From Candidatus Latescibacterota bacterium (lineage in GTDB: Bacteria; Latescibacterota; UBA2968; UBA8231): DNA of 64,000 nucleotides. The position numbers were made by a program, and so were the translations under genes. Each line of letters starts with the position of its first letter. Positions within the stretch are counted from its first letter, which is position 1. Shown here one piece after another: positions 19,809 to 29,522 of the stretch. The notes under the pieces were generated by a model. That model was not told where the DNA came from. It made no database searches and saw only the letters and a program-made list of their open reading frames with translations. Where the stretch lies: positions 32,001 through 96,000 of the forward strand of contig CBDAOB010000003.1 in NCBI GenBank assembly GCA_965197905.1. The letters are read 5' to 3'.

Positions 19809-22562
19809 TCAAGTCGGCATGACGACGATCAGACGCAGTCCGTCGAGACGCACCCTTGCGCGGGCAAAACCTTCATCGAGTTCCGACAGGGCGTCGCCGG
19901 CGGCTTCGATCTCACTGTCGTCGATCGACGGATTGACCTTCGCCAGCTCCTTGAGGCGCGCGACGGTAGGCTCTAGCTCACTACGCATCTGTTCGCGTGC
20001 GGTCGCAGCGATCACCGAGCTTCGTTCAGTCGCAATCTCTCTAGTTCGTACCAGCAGTTTGGGCAGGAGCGCACCCACGTGTGAAAGATCCAGTGAATCA
20101 CTGTCTAGCGGCTCGAGCTGACGGACCCCGTCGCGTAGATCGAGCTCTACCTCCTTTCCCCCAGAATCGATCACGACCCGAATCGGGGTTGGCGGCAGAA
20201 AGCGATCGGCGCGTAGAGCCAGAGCCAGTGTGGGTTCGGCGACGTAAAGCGCTTCGAGCAGCAAGCCCGGTACGCTGCCACCGGTCCTGGCAAAGCTGGC
20301 GTTGCCGATCTCGTGCGCCAGCAGCAGGTCGACGCTGTCGCGCACCATCGGATGGTCCCACGTCAGCAGCGCGCGGTCTGGATGCTCCAGAGCGATGTCG
20401 CGATCAAAGGTCACGCCCATCTCCTGGCCGACGAATCCCGGAAAAGGACGGTGATAGTCTATACCCGCGCGCAAGGCATAGCTGCATTGGCCGATATCCT
20501 CGACGTCGAGTCCGCTGCGCTCGAAAGCATCAACCATGAAGGATTCCAGATCGGTGTTCGATTCCAGACTGGCGATGGCTCGTTGCAGTTTGCGGACGGC
20601 ATCTCGGTCGAACGAAGTCAGCTCGAGCAGGCGATCGCGCCCGATTTCGAGCTCGGCGATGATCTCTGCATTGCGCCTTTTGGCCCGGTCGATCAAGTCA
20701 TCGATCTTCTCTTCGCCTGAGATGAGCAGCGCCTGAATCAGCTCAGTACCGAATTCGCGCTCGATCGCCGGCGATCCGTGCCAGGGACGATCGAACACCT
20801 CCAAGGCCTCGGCATACCAGCGGCGCAAACGAGCCTGCGGCGAGCCTTCAACCGCGAGTGGATAAATATGCACCTCCTCCCCCTGCCCAATGCGGTCAAT
20901 GCGTCCAATCGATTGCTCCAGTCGGTCGGCGCTCAGTGGCAGATCGAGGAGCACGAGATGCCGAGCAACCTGAAAGTTGCGCCCTTCGGCGCCAATGAGT
21001 GAGCTGATCACCATCTGAGGTCCCGCAGCGTCGAGGAACCATGCCGCCTGACGGTCCCGCTCGATTGCACCCATTTTCTCATGGAAGCGTACCACCTTGC
21101 GCCTCGGTGTCGCCAACGCTGAAGAGAAGGCTTCGACCTTGGCCGCATCGGAGCACAGCACGAGCACCTTTTCCATAGCATGATTGTCGAGAAACGCGCC
21201 TAACCATTTCGTTCGTGGATCGGCAGCGACGTCGGGCAGCTGAGAGGCGCCATCCTGTTCGATATCGGCGAGAAACTCTTGTCTCAGGCCTTCGGAATCG
21301 CCCCCAGTCAACTCGATGATCTGCGGCAAACGGCGGGGGAACCCGGGAATTCGCGCCCGGACATTGCGGAACATAACGCGGCCGATACCATGCAGGTCGA
21401 GTAAGCGCCGCAAGAGTCGTTGACTATCTTGGGCCGTCAATAGCGCTTCGAGGTCGGTGTCCGCCAGTCGCTCTCGCAGCAGGTCGAGATCTGGTGTCGT
21501 CAACGGTTCATTGCGTGCCAGCCGTTCCGCTACAGTTGCCAGCTCACGGTAGTGATCCGACTCGCGCCGGTAGGCAGCGATGTCGTGGAATCGCGCTGGG
21601 TCGAGTAGCGCGAGCCGATGGAAATGTGCCTCCTCCCCGTCGCGGTCGGGGGTCGCGCTCAGGAAAATGACATGGTTTGTCTGGACGGCGAGCCGGTCGA
21701 CCAGCGCAAATTCAGCACTCCCTGGTCGAAGGTGATGGGCTTCGTCGACGATGACGATATCCCACTGGATCTGCGCAAAGGATTCACCTACATCGACACC
21801 GAGTGGGCAGACGAAGAGCTGGGCAGAGAGCAACTGCTCGGGTAGATCCTCGCTTTCGAGATCTATGGTGCCGCCGCCGTGTGTATCGTCACCCATGACC
21901 CTGAGGATCAGGTTGAAACGCAGGTAAGCTTCCGCCAGCCATTGGTGGACCAGGGCCGGCGGCACCAGGATCAACGCGTGCTCCACCCGTCCGGTCAGCA
22001 GCATACGGTGTAGAATCAGCAGAGCCTCGATGGTCTTTCCCAGGCCAACCTCATCCGCCAGCAGAACCCGCACGCGGTGGCGTTCGCAGACGTCGCGCGC
22101 GATGGATAGCTGGTGGTCGAACAGGCGGATGCGACCCCCGAGAAATCCCCGGGCCGGCGATGTCAGCATGCGATGGCGGATTTCAAGCGCGTGGCGCCGC
22201 AGGTCGAAGAGACGTGGGTCGTCGACCTGTCCGTTCTGCAGGCGGTTTTCGGGCGTGATGACATCCAGCTCGGCTTCGAGCTCGGCTTCGCTCAATTCCT
22301 GGTTTTCACTGCGATAGCGCAGCAGGGCACCATCCTCGATGACCTCCTGGATCTGAAAGGCGACTCCGCCGGCGCTGTGCGCCTGCTGCCCGACATTCAG
22401 GCGCGCCCGTACAAGAGGGGGATCGGCGACGGCATACCGCCGCATCACCTCTCGGGCAGGAAAAGCGATGACGACCTGGCGACCTTCGACCGCTTCGACC
22501 AGGCCGAGGCCAAGTTCGGGCTCGGTCACGCTGTACCAGCGTTGACCGGGTGTGAATTCCAA
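19809..22562 (-). CDS. rapA: RNA polymerase-associated SNF2 ATPase RapA
   Basis: GQRWYSVTEPELGLG N-terminus, LLADEVGLGKTIEA, DEAHHL, LSATP, GRVMFRN, EGRNFQ, QSIGRIDRIGQ, TFDRDIAL, LTWDHPMV, RFLPPTPIR. Confidence 0.92.
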   Translation of the reverse strand: MEFTPGQRWYSVTEPELGLGLVEAVEGRQVVIAFPAREVMRRYAVADPPLVRARLNVGQQAHSAGGVAFQIQEVIEDGALLRYRSENQELSEAELEAELDVITPENRLQNGQVDDPRLFDLRRHALEIRHRMLTSPARGFLGGRIRLFDHQLSIARDVCERHRVRVLLADEVGLGKTIEALLILHRMLLTGRVEHALILVPPALVHQWLAEAYLRFNLILRVMGDDTHGGGTIDLESEDLPEQLLSAQLFVCPLGVDVGESFAQIQWDIVIVDEAHHLRPGSAEFALVDRLAVQTNHVIFLSATPDRDGEEAHFHRLALLDPARFHDIAAYRRESDHYRELATVAERLARNEPLTTPDLDLLRERLADTDLEALLTAQDSQRLLRRLLDLHGIGRVMFRNVRARIPGFPRRLPQIIELTGGDSEGLRQEFLADIEQDGASQLPDVAADPRTKWLGAFLDNHAMEKVLVLCSDAAKVEAFSSALATPRRKVVRFHEKMGAIERDRQAAWFLDAAGPQMVISSLIGAEGRNFQVARHLVLLDLPLSADRLEQSIGRIDRIGQGEEVHIYPLAVEGSPQARLRRWYAEALEVFDRPWHGSPAIEREFGTELIQALLISGEEKIDDLIDRAKRRNAEIIAELEIGRDRLLELTSFDRDAVRKLQRAIASLESNTDLESFMVDAFERSGLDVEDIGQCSYALRAGIDYHRPFPGFVGQEMGVTFDRDIALEHPDRALLTWDHPMVRDSVDLLLAHEIGNASFARTGGSVPGLLLEALYVAEPTLALALRADRFLPPTPIRVVIDSGGKEVELDLRDGVRQLEPLDSDSLDLSHVGALLPKLLVRTREIATERSSVIAATAREQMRSELEPTVARLKELAKVNPSIDDSEIEAAGDALSELDEGFARARVRLDGLRLIVVMPT

Positions 22563-22697
22563 TGTTGGCTCGAGAGTCCGAATAATTCCGGTGAGGTTGC
22601 AAGTATATGCTTGTAGTATCCAACGACATTTATATACTGGGTCAAGCGTAGAACCATATATGCACGTCGACACACAGAGCAGTGAGGAGGGATTGAG

Positions 22698-23681
22698 ATG
22701 GCAGATAGTGTGAGGTGGGGTGTGCTGGGGCCGGGCGGCATCGCCCGTCAATTCGCCACCGGTCTGCAGGCAGTGGAAGAGGCGAAACTGGTCGCGGTCG
22801 GTTCACGGGCAAAAGAAACGGCGGACGCTTTTGGCGATGAATTCGAAATACCGCGGCGACATGTCGGGTACGACAAGCTGGCAAACGATAGTGAAGTAGA
22901 TGTCGTCTATGTCGCCACGCCCCATGCATTCCACATGGAAAACACGCTGCTCTGCTTGGAAGCCGGCAAAGCGGTACTTTGCGAGAAGCCGATGGCCATG
23001 AATGCGGGACAATCGCAAATCATGATCGACACAGCGCGAGAGACCGACCTCTTCCTTATGGAGGCGATGTGGACACACTTCTTTCCGGCCATGGCCAAGG
23101 TGCGCGAGCTGGTCGGGAACGGGGCCATCGGCGAGGTCCGGCAGGTCAAAGCGGATTTCTGTTTTCGCGGCGGCTGGAATCCGGAAGCACGGCATTTTAA
23201 CCCGGCGCTCGGCGGCGGAGGATTGTTGGATGTGGGAGTCTACTGCATCGCCTTCGCGCAGATGGTGTTTGGGAGGGAGCCGAGGGAGGTGACCGGGTTT
23301 GCGGATCTGGTAGAGACGGGTACTGATGGGCAGGCGGCTATGGTTCTGTCCTACGACGACGGGGCATTTGCGGTTTTGACCTGTGCGGTGCGCACCAGTT
23401 CGCCCCACGAAGCTTACGTTTTGGGTACGGAAGGGTATATCAGGATCCCGCATAGCTTTTGGAAATCGGATCGCCTTGTGCTTGTAAAAGGCGACGATGA
23501 AGAGGAGTTTGTCTACGATCTACTGGGGAACGGTTTCGGCTATGAGGCCCTGGAAGTTGGGCGTTGTCTGCGCGAAGGTGAACGCGAGAGTTCGATCATG
23601 CCTCTGGAGAAAACCATGGCGATCCAACGGACCATGGATCGCTTGCGAGGCCAGTGGGGACTTAAGTATCCGATGGAGTAG
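22698..23681 (+). CDS. Gfo/Idh/MocA family oxidoreductase
   Basis: WGVLGPGGIA, YVATPH, CEKP, MEAMW, GGGLLDVGVY. Confidence 0.95.
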   Translation: MADSVRWGVLGPGGIARQFATGLQAVEEAKLVAVGSRAKETADAFGDEFEIPRRHVGYDKLANDSEVDVVYVATPHAFHMENTLLCLEAGKAVLCEKPMAMNAGQSQIMIDTARETDLFLMEAMWTHFFPAMAKVRELVGNGAIGEVRQVKADFCFRGGWNPEARHFNPALGGGGLLDVGVYCIAFAQMVFGREPREVTGFADLVETGTDGQAAMVLSYDDGAFAVLTCAVRTSSPHEAYVLGTEGYIRIPHSFWKSDRLVLVKGDDEEEFVYDLLGNGFGYEALEVGRCLREGERESSIMPLEKTMAIQRTMDRLRGQWGLKYPME

Positions 23682-23722
23682 GTTGAAGAGAACCTAGCGA
23701 GTATCCAGAGTAAAGGACGCAC

Positions 23723-25999
23723 GTGGCCTGGGTAAAACACAGAGGCTCGTTCAGTTGGCTTATCCTTGGCCTGGCTTTTGTTCTACGCTGGCCGTTTGCT
23801 GAACCACAGTGGTTCCACGGGGACGAATGGGCCTTTACCGTTCATCCCCTAGGCTTCTGGAGTGGGGACCTTAACCCGCACTTCTTCAACTATCCCACGC
23901 TGCAGTTCTATCTAAATTCCGTTGTCTACTACCTCTATTTCCTCCTCTTCATCACGGAGACCCTCGAAGGTTTCGTAGCATACCGATACTTCGTTCAGGA
24001 TGCCGACTTGATCGCCATCGCCCGCGGCATTAGCACACTGACGGCGGTAGGCACCGTAGCTGCGACCATCTGCCTGGGCACCTCCCTCTACGGCCGCAGG
24101 GGCGGACTCATTGCCGGGTTGTTCCTGGCCGTAATGCCCCTGCACGTTCGGTTCTCCCACCTCGCTATTGTAGACATGCCGGCAGCGTTGTGGACCACTT
24201 TGGCGGTCCTGTTCGCCGTGCGTGTCGCCGAGAGGGGACACTCCACCGCCTACCTAATGGCCGGTGTCTGCACGGGATTGGCGGCCGCCACAAAGTATCC
24301 CGGGGGTCTGGTCGTCCTACCCGTGATAGTAGCCGCTTTGTTGGACAAGTGGACGCTCAAGAACGGAGACCTGTGGATCGCCATAGGCACAGCGTTGGCG
24401 TGCTTCAGCCTGGCAACCCCCTTCGTCTGGCTGGACTTTGGCAAGTTCTGGGCCGACTTCTCGAGCATGGCCCAGGTGCATCTTTTGGGACCCCAAGGCG
24501 AGACTGCGGCATCGTCCTGGTCCAACCTTCTGAGAATAAACCTGCGCTACGGATTGGGAATCGCCGGACTAGCGGCATTCGGACTTTCGCTAATATGGCG
24601 ACCCCGGACCTGGCGTCGCCCTGAGCTTGTTCTGCTGACCGCCACAGTCAGCTTTCTATGGCTCTTGGCCTTTTCGGAGTCGACCTTCATGCGTTACGCG
24701 CTACCCCTGGCGCCACTATTGGCAGTACAGGTTACGCGCCCTCTTCTCGCCACCCGCAGCAGAGCGGTCGTTCTCGCTGCATCGGTCGTATTGCTGGCTG
24801 AACCAGTGTATTCCTCTCTGCACACGCATGCATTACTCTCTGGCACGGACACCCGCACCCGCGCCGCCACCTGGCTGGCTGCGCAATCACCGGCGCCGCG
24901 TCGCATCTTCGCCATGCCGCCGTGCGGCGCAGATGTGCCTCTATGGGACACGAAGCATGTGGCCAAACGCCAGAGCCGATTCGCGTTCAGTTTTGGTCTC
25001 GAGCGTCTGCGCCGGACGTACCAGCTGCTCAGCCAGCGTGATGACCTGCCGGTCTTCTATTCTACAGTTGGCCTTGAATACCTTAAAGCTTTTTCGAATC
25101 AGTCAGCGGCAGCCGAATCAGACTCAGTGCTGGTGCTGTGGTATCGCCACCCACTATGTGATTCGGGCGCAGATTCTATTGCGGTGCGGCAGTTGTTGGG
25201 GCGAGTCAACTGGCAGGCTGAGTTTGCTCCAGGAGAAACCGCTGCGGCGGTCTTCGATCGGATGGACGCTTTCTTCCTTCCTATCGGTCGATGGAGTGGG
25301 GTGCAAGCAACAGGACCTGCCATCCACGCCGGAGTGCTGCCTTTGCTAACACCATCGAGAATGCCTGGTGGCAGAGAGTATTTCTCGGTCCTGAACCTCT
25401 ACTTCACGGGCTATCTGGCGTTACAAGAAAAAGATTGGCCGACCGTTCTCGATGCATACGAAGCAATTCTCGACACCCCTATCTATCTGAACGAGTTCCT
25501 ATCACTTTCACGGATCTACAAACTACTGGTGGGTCTCGGGGTTGCTCACTATAACCTGGAACACGTGGACGAAGCGATCGATCGCTGGAATCGGGCAACT
25601 TTCGTTTTTCCGGAACAGGCCGACGCGTACGTAAATCTAGGTAAAGCGTATCGCGAGCGGGGAGAAGCTGAACAAGCTATACTTCATCTGAAGCGCGCCA
25701 TCGAACGAGGGCCGCGCAATGATCAGTTATTCTTCCTGTTTCACAGCCTGGGTTTGAGTTTCATGGACCTGGGGCGATTCGAGGAGGCGGTACCGGTTCT
25801 CGAGAATGCGGTGGCTTTGAGATCTGACGCCGACGCCTACCTTCACTTCGGCATCGTGTGCATGCGCACTGGTCGAAAGGCGATGGCAATTGACGCCGTC
25901 AGCAGATCTCTCGAGTTGGCTCCGGATCGGCCCGCAGCACTGGAACTGCTACGCAGACTGCGGACGCGGTTGCCGCGTCCTGAGCATCCTGATCCATGA
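23723..25999 (+). CDS. GT-C (family 39/ArnT/PMT-like) membrane glycosyltransferase with C-terminal TPR repeats
   Basis: HGDE loop, LNPHFFNYP, many TM segments, ATKY, RYALPL; C-terminal TPR-like repeats (ADAYVNLGKAY...). Confidence 0.85.
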   Translation: MAWVKHRGSFSWLILGLAFVLRWPFAEPQWFHGDEWAFTVHPLGFWSGDLNPHFFNYPTLQFYLNSVVYYLYFLLFITETLEGFVAYRYFVQDADLIAIARGISTLTAVGTVAATICLGTSLYGRRGGLIAGLFLAVMPLHVRFSHLAIVDMPAALWTTLAVLFAVRVAERGHSTAYLMAGVCTGLAAATKYPGGLVVLPVIVAALLDKWTLKNGDLWIAIGTALACFSLATPFVWLDFGKFWADFSSMAQVHLLGPQGETAASSWSNLLRINLRYGLGIAGLAAFGLSLIWRPRTWRRPELVLLTATVSFLWLLAFSESTFMRYALPLAPLLAVQVTRPLLATRSRAVVLAASVVLLAEPVYSSLHTHALLSGTDTRTRAATWLAAQSPAPRRIFAMPPCGADVPLWDTKHVAKRQSRFAFSFGLERLRRTYQLLSQRDDLPVFYSTVGLEYLKAFSNQSAAAESDSVLVLWYRHPLCDSGADSIAVRQLLGRVNWQAEFAPGETAAAVFDRMDAFFLPIGRWSGVQATGPAIHAGVLPLLTPSRMPGGREYFSVLNLYFTGYLALQEKDWPTVLDAYEAILDTPIYLNEFLSLSRIYKLLVGLGVAHYNLEHVDEAIDRWNRATFVFPEQADAYVNLGKAYRERGEAEQAILHLKRAIERGPRNDQLFFLFHSLGLSFMDLGRFEEAVPVLENAVALRSDADAYLHFGIVCMRTGRKAMAIDAVSRSLELAPDRPAALELLRRLRTRLPRPEHPDP

Positions 26000-26727
26000 T
26001 TCGTTTCACACTCGCGCTAGTCTCATGTCTCAATCTTGGTCTTGAGGTTCTGAGCGCCGACGATCTCCCACGAACGGCAGTTGTAGAGTTGTTCACATCC
26101 GAAGGCTGCAGCAGCTGCCCGCCAGCAGACATTCTTCTGGGCGAGCTTTCCACACGCAAGTGGGAGTCGGGTGAGTTTATTGGTCTCGCATTTCACGTCG
26201 ACTACTGGGATCGACTGGGTTGGAACGATCGATTCAGCAACAAGGCTTATTCCCGGCGCCAGCGTAACTACGCCCTGTTTTTTGCCGAGAACAGTGTGTA
26301 CACGCCCCAAATGGTTGTGGAGGGGAAAGTTGGTTTTGTAGGGAGCGACCGCGGCAGGGCGATGAGGGAGATCGGATCGGCACTGGCGCATGCTGACGAC
26401 GTCGGGGTTTGCATCGCTGTCGATACGCTAACGGAAGCGACGGCAACGTTGAGCTACTCGATCGACGGGACGGTGGATGGGATGGATATCAACGTCGTCC
26501 TCGCACAAAGGGAAGCAATCACCGACGTGAAACAAGGCGAAAACGCGGGACGGTTACTCCGGCACACCCACGTGGTTCGAGCGTTTAGACGTCTTGCGGC
26601 TGAAACTACGGGACGAACCGAACTGGAAGTACCGCAGGATGTGTCGGCTAAGGATCTGGACGCCATCATCTATCTGCAGGACCGAACCAACATGGCCATA
26701 CTGGGGGCCACGCGAATACCGCTTTAG
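25996..26727 (+). CDS. DUF1223 thioredoxin-like secreted protein
   Basis: VVELFTSEGCSSCPPAD, FHVDYWD, YTPQMVV, GENAGR; signal peptide. Confidence 0.92.
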   Translation: MIRFTLALVSCLNLGLEVLSADDLPRTAVVELFTSEGCSSCPPADILLGELSTRKWESGEFIGLAFHVDYWDRLGWNDRFSNKAYSRRQRNYALFFAENSVYTPQMVVEGKVGFVGSDRGRAMREIGSALAHADDVGVCIAVDTLTEATATLSYSIDGTVDGMDINVVLAQREAITDVKQGENAGRLLRHTHVVRAFRRLAAETTGRTELEVPQDVSAKDLDAIIYLQDRTNMAILGATRIPL

Positions 26728-27923
26728 ACCGCACCCCGGTCGAGACGAACGCACAGCCTCCAAATGCAAGCTGCACCGATCGATCCATTTACGGTGCCGA
26801 CGACGAACGGCAGTTGAGAGCCCAACTCGATGAGGAGGCCGCCAACCAGGCTGCCGGTGACCATTGCACCACACCAGACCATATGCCCCAGACCGACCAG
26901 CCGATTCTTCTCTTCGGCGCCGGAGATCTCATCAATGAGGGCGGGGACCAGGGTCGATACCGCCCAGGCGGCCGCGGTCAGGGCGGTACCGAAGACAAAG
27001 AGACCGCCGACTGACTCGGTGCTGAGCGCCAAACATGCCGAGGCAGCAACGATGCCAAGAGAGGAAACGAGCAGCGGCGCGGTGCGTCCGCAGCGATCGC
27101 GGATCACTCCGATGAGTAGCTGACAGGCTGCGGCTGCCGCCAGTGACACGGCGCCGTAATAAGCCGCGGTTGCCGCCGAGCCGCTGACGCGGAATACGAG
27201 CAGCGGTAATACCAGAGTAGCCATGCCCCAGAAGCTGGTGATGGCAAAGCGCATGCCCACGAGCAGATGAACGTTGCGACGTGTGAGCAGAGGGCGGTAT
27301 GAAACCCACAGTGCCAGACGTCGCCGCGGTGCGTTGGCGACCCTAGCCACTCGCGTTGGCGGCAGTAACACGGCGCCGGCGACCAACACGGCGGCCATGA
27401 TCATCAACATGGCGGTGCCCAACTCTGGAAAGCTCCAGGTCTCCTTGACGATACCAGTGCACAAACTGCCCAGGGAGTTGCCCGCGGTGCCGCTGAGAAA
27501 ATAGAGGGCGCCTCCCAGGCCTAAGCGGGATGGTCCTGCGGAAGCAATGAGATAGCCCTGTCCGGCGGTGCTCCAGGGGCCGGTGGCGGCGCCGATGACA
27601 AGGACCAAGGCGAAAAGCACCGCCACTTGGCTGGAGTGGAACACCAAGCCGGTAAGGACACCGCCCGCCAAGCCGAGAAGGGCCGTGGTCTTGAGCCCAA
27701 GAACGTCGGCTAGACGTCCGCCGACGATGGCGAGGACTCCGCTCAGCACCAGGGCAAGGGAACGCAAATAGGCGGTAAACAGGGGTTGGCGAGCGAGGTC
27801 GGACTCGACGTAGACCGGTAGTAACGATAGGTACGGCGCGGTGGCGAAGCCGCTGCAGAAACCTAGAAGGCAGAGGACGACGAAGGTCCGACTCCCCAGC
27901 CCAGCAGGAGTCGGAACGTTCAC
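26724..27923 (-). CDS. MFS transporter
   Basis: About 12 hydrophobic segments; GRLADVLG motif A and second-half IRDRCGR. Confidence 0.88.
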   Translation of the reverse strand: MNVPTPAGLGSRTFVVLCLLGFCSGFATAPYLSLLPVYVESDLARQPLFTAYLRSLALVLSGVLAIVGGRLADVLGLKTTALLGLAGGVLTGLVFHSSQVAVLFALVLVIGAATGPWSTAGQGYLIASAGPSRLGLGGALYFLSGTAGNSLGSLCTGIVKETWSFPELGTAMLMIMAAVLVAGAVLLPPTRVARVANAPRRRLALWVSYRPLLTRRNVHLLVGMRFAITSFWGMATLVLPLLVFRVSGSAATAAYYGAVSLAAAAACQLLIGVIRDRCGRTAPLLVSSLGIVAASACLALSTESVGGLFVFGTALTAAAWAVSTLVPALIDEISGAEEKNRLVGLGHMVWCGAMVTGSLVGGLLIELGSQLPFVVGTVNGSIGAACIWRLCVRLDRGAV

Positions 27924-28028
27924 AGCGGCACCTCAGCCGGCAGCTTCAGCCGGGGCCAGACCAGCGAAAGAAATATTGACGATTTCGTGCTCGCCCGAAT
28001 CGAACGGATGATCGTGCCAGACACCATA

Positions 28029-29330
28029 CTACCGGCGCAGGGTCACGTAGGCGTCTACCGTAGAGGGTGCGCCATCTGCGGCAGATTTCGCCTGGACTTT
28101 GACAAAGTTCCACGGCTCCGTCACTACGGTTCGCGTCGCCTTGCCCGCATCGAGAACGGCGGCATCGGATCCGATGATCTGCCAGTCCCTGGTATCATGG
28201 GAACCAAGAATCCGCCAGCTCAATGCCGCCGCCGCATGCCGGTTGAACACTTGAATCATCATGTCCCGGTACCCCCTCGATTCCATGATACCGCTGTCGC
28301 TGAACTGATCGGTAGTCTCGTCATCCCTGAACAGATACCCGTCCTTCTCCATACGCGGAGGAATGCGGAACGGATCGATTTCGTAGATCATGTTCAGGCC
28401 CCAGTCGGTTACCAATAGGGTGCCCCTTGTAGTCGGCGATATGTAGGTCGGCAGCACGGCATAGGGGGTCGCTGGAGCGAGATGATCTCCGCTCCCGCCA
28501 CCCAGCTCCCAGACCAGCTCCTTGTCGCGATTGACGCAGAGAATCCTCGAACGCTCACTGCAGATGATGGTGAACCCACCGAACTTCTCGTGGATGCCGA
28601 AGCGCAAAGCGCAAGCCGCTCTGGGAACCATGTCGTAGAGATCGCCATGTCCCGGTCCCTTGCGGTCACCATACGACCACACCTTCTCACCGGTACTGGT
28701 GTCAATCTCCCAAACCCCGGTAGGGTTCCCTGAGACAAACGGGATCAACAGATCGCCGCCATATGACACCCCGTACTTCTTCGGCAGCAGCTTCTGCAGG
28801 TAGAACGGACGCCAGGCGGGATAATTCCAGACCACGGTCTTATCCTTAACCATAATCTTGATGATTTCCTCGCCGTCCGACACCATGATGTGGTCGTCGT
28901 CCCAGTAAATCGCCTCGAAAGGACGCTGACATTCAGTGTAACACCACATAACGCCGCCGCTGTCGCGATCGACGATCATCACCCGGTGCTCGCCGTCGAA
29001 TTCGGTGATGAGAAGGTGGCCCTCGTAGGGTCCGGAAGGCATGAAGTGAGCGGAAGTCGCCAGGTTGATACGCTCGCCGTCCCCCGGAACGCCCCGTTCG
29101 CCGAAGAGGGTCCGCAGCTTGCCGGTCTTGCGGTTGATCACCACAACGTCGGAGCCCCACTGTTCCGCCACGACGATTTCGTCCGGATCGAACGGATTCT
29201 CTTCGGCCATGTGGGGTCCGAACAACTGCCCATCCCCGCTACCCGGATTACCGGTTCCGAACGACCACAACGCATGCCGGCTGAATTCGCTGCTCACGCT
29301 AGCCTCCGTCTGTGAGTTCCCCGATCTCAA
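28029..29330 (-). CDS. NHL/PQQ-like beta-propeller protein with a C-terminal beta-sandwich domain
   Basis: GSGDGQLFGP NHL-like start; repeated 'IxxxGxxVWxY' blades; start may be GTG 29297. Confidence 0.65.
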   Translation of the reverse strand: MRSGNSQTEASVSSEFSRHALWSFGTGNPGSGDGQLFGPHMAEENPFDPDEIVVAEQWGSDVVVINRKTGKLRTLFGERGVPGDGERINLATSAHFMPSGPYEGHLLITEFDGEHRVMIVDRDSGGVMWCYTECQRPFEAIYWDDDHIMVSDGEEIIKIMVKDKTVVWNYPAWRPFYLQKLLPKKYGVSYGGDLLIPFVSGNPTGVWEIDTSTGEKVWSYGDRKGPGHGDLYDMVPRAACALRFGIHEKFGGFTIICSERSRILCVNRDKELVWELGGGSGDHLAPATPYAVLPTYISPTTRGTLLVTDWGLNMIYEIDPFRIPPRMEKDGYLFRDDETTDQFSDSGIMESRGYRDMMIQVFNRHAAAALSWRILGSHDTRDWQIIGSDAAVLDAGKATRTVVTEPWNFVKVQAKSAADGAPSTVDAYVTLRR

Positions 29331-29522
29331 CGATTGTGGTGCCTATACTACCTATTATCACACGCCAGTGCGATCCCATTTTCGTCCAATTAGGCGTTGC
29401 TATTCGATTCGCCACTTGGTACACTCACATCAAGAGCCTGAAGGGGGACTTGATGCGCGACAGCTTAATCCGGGCGTGGCAGGCAACGACGAAGTCATCC
29501 GCACCGATGTTCATGGAATCGC

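Noticed and set aside
22598..22640. AT-rich imperfect palindromes upstream of rapA as an SOS box
   Set aside because: Fits neither CTG-N10-CAG nor GAAC-N4-GTTC.
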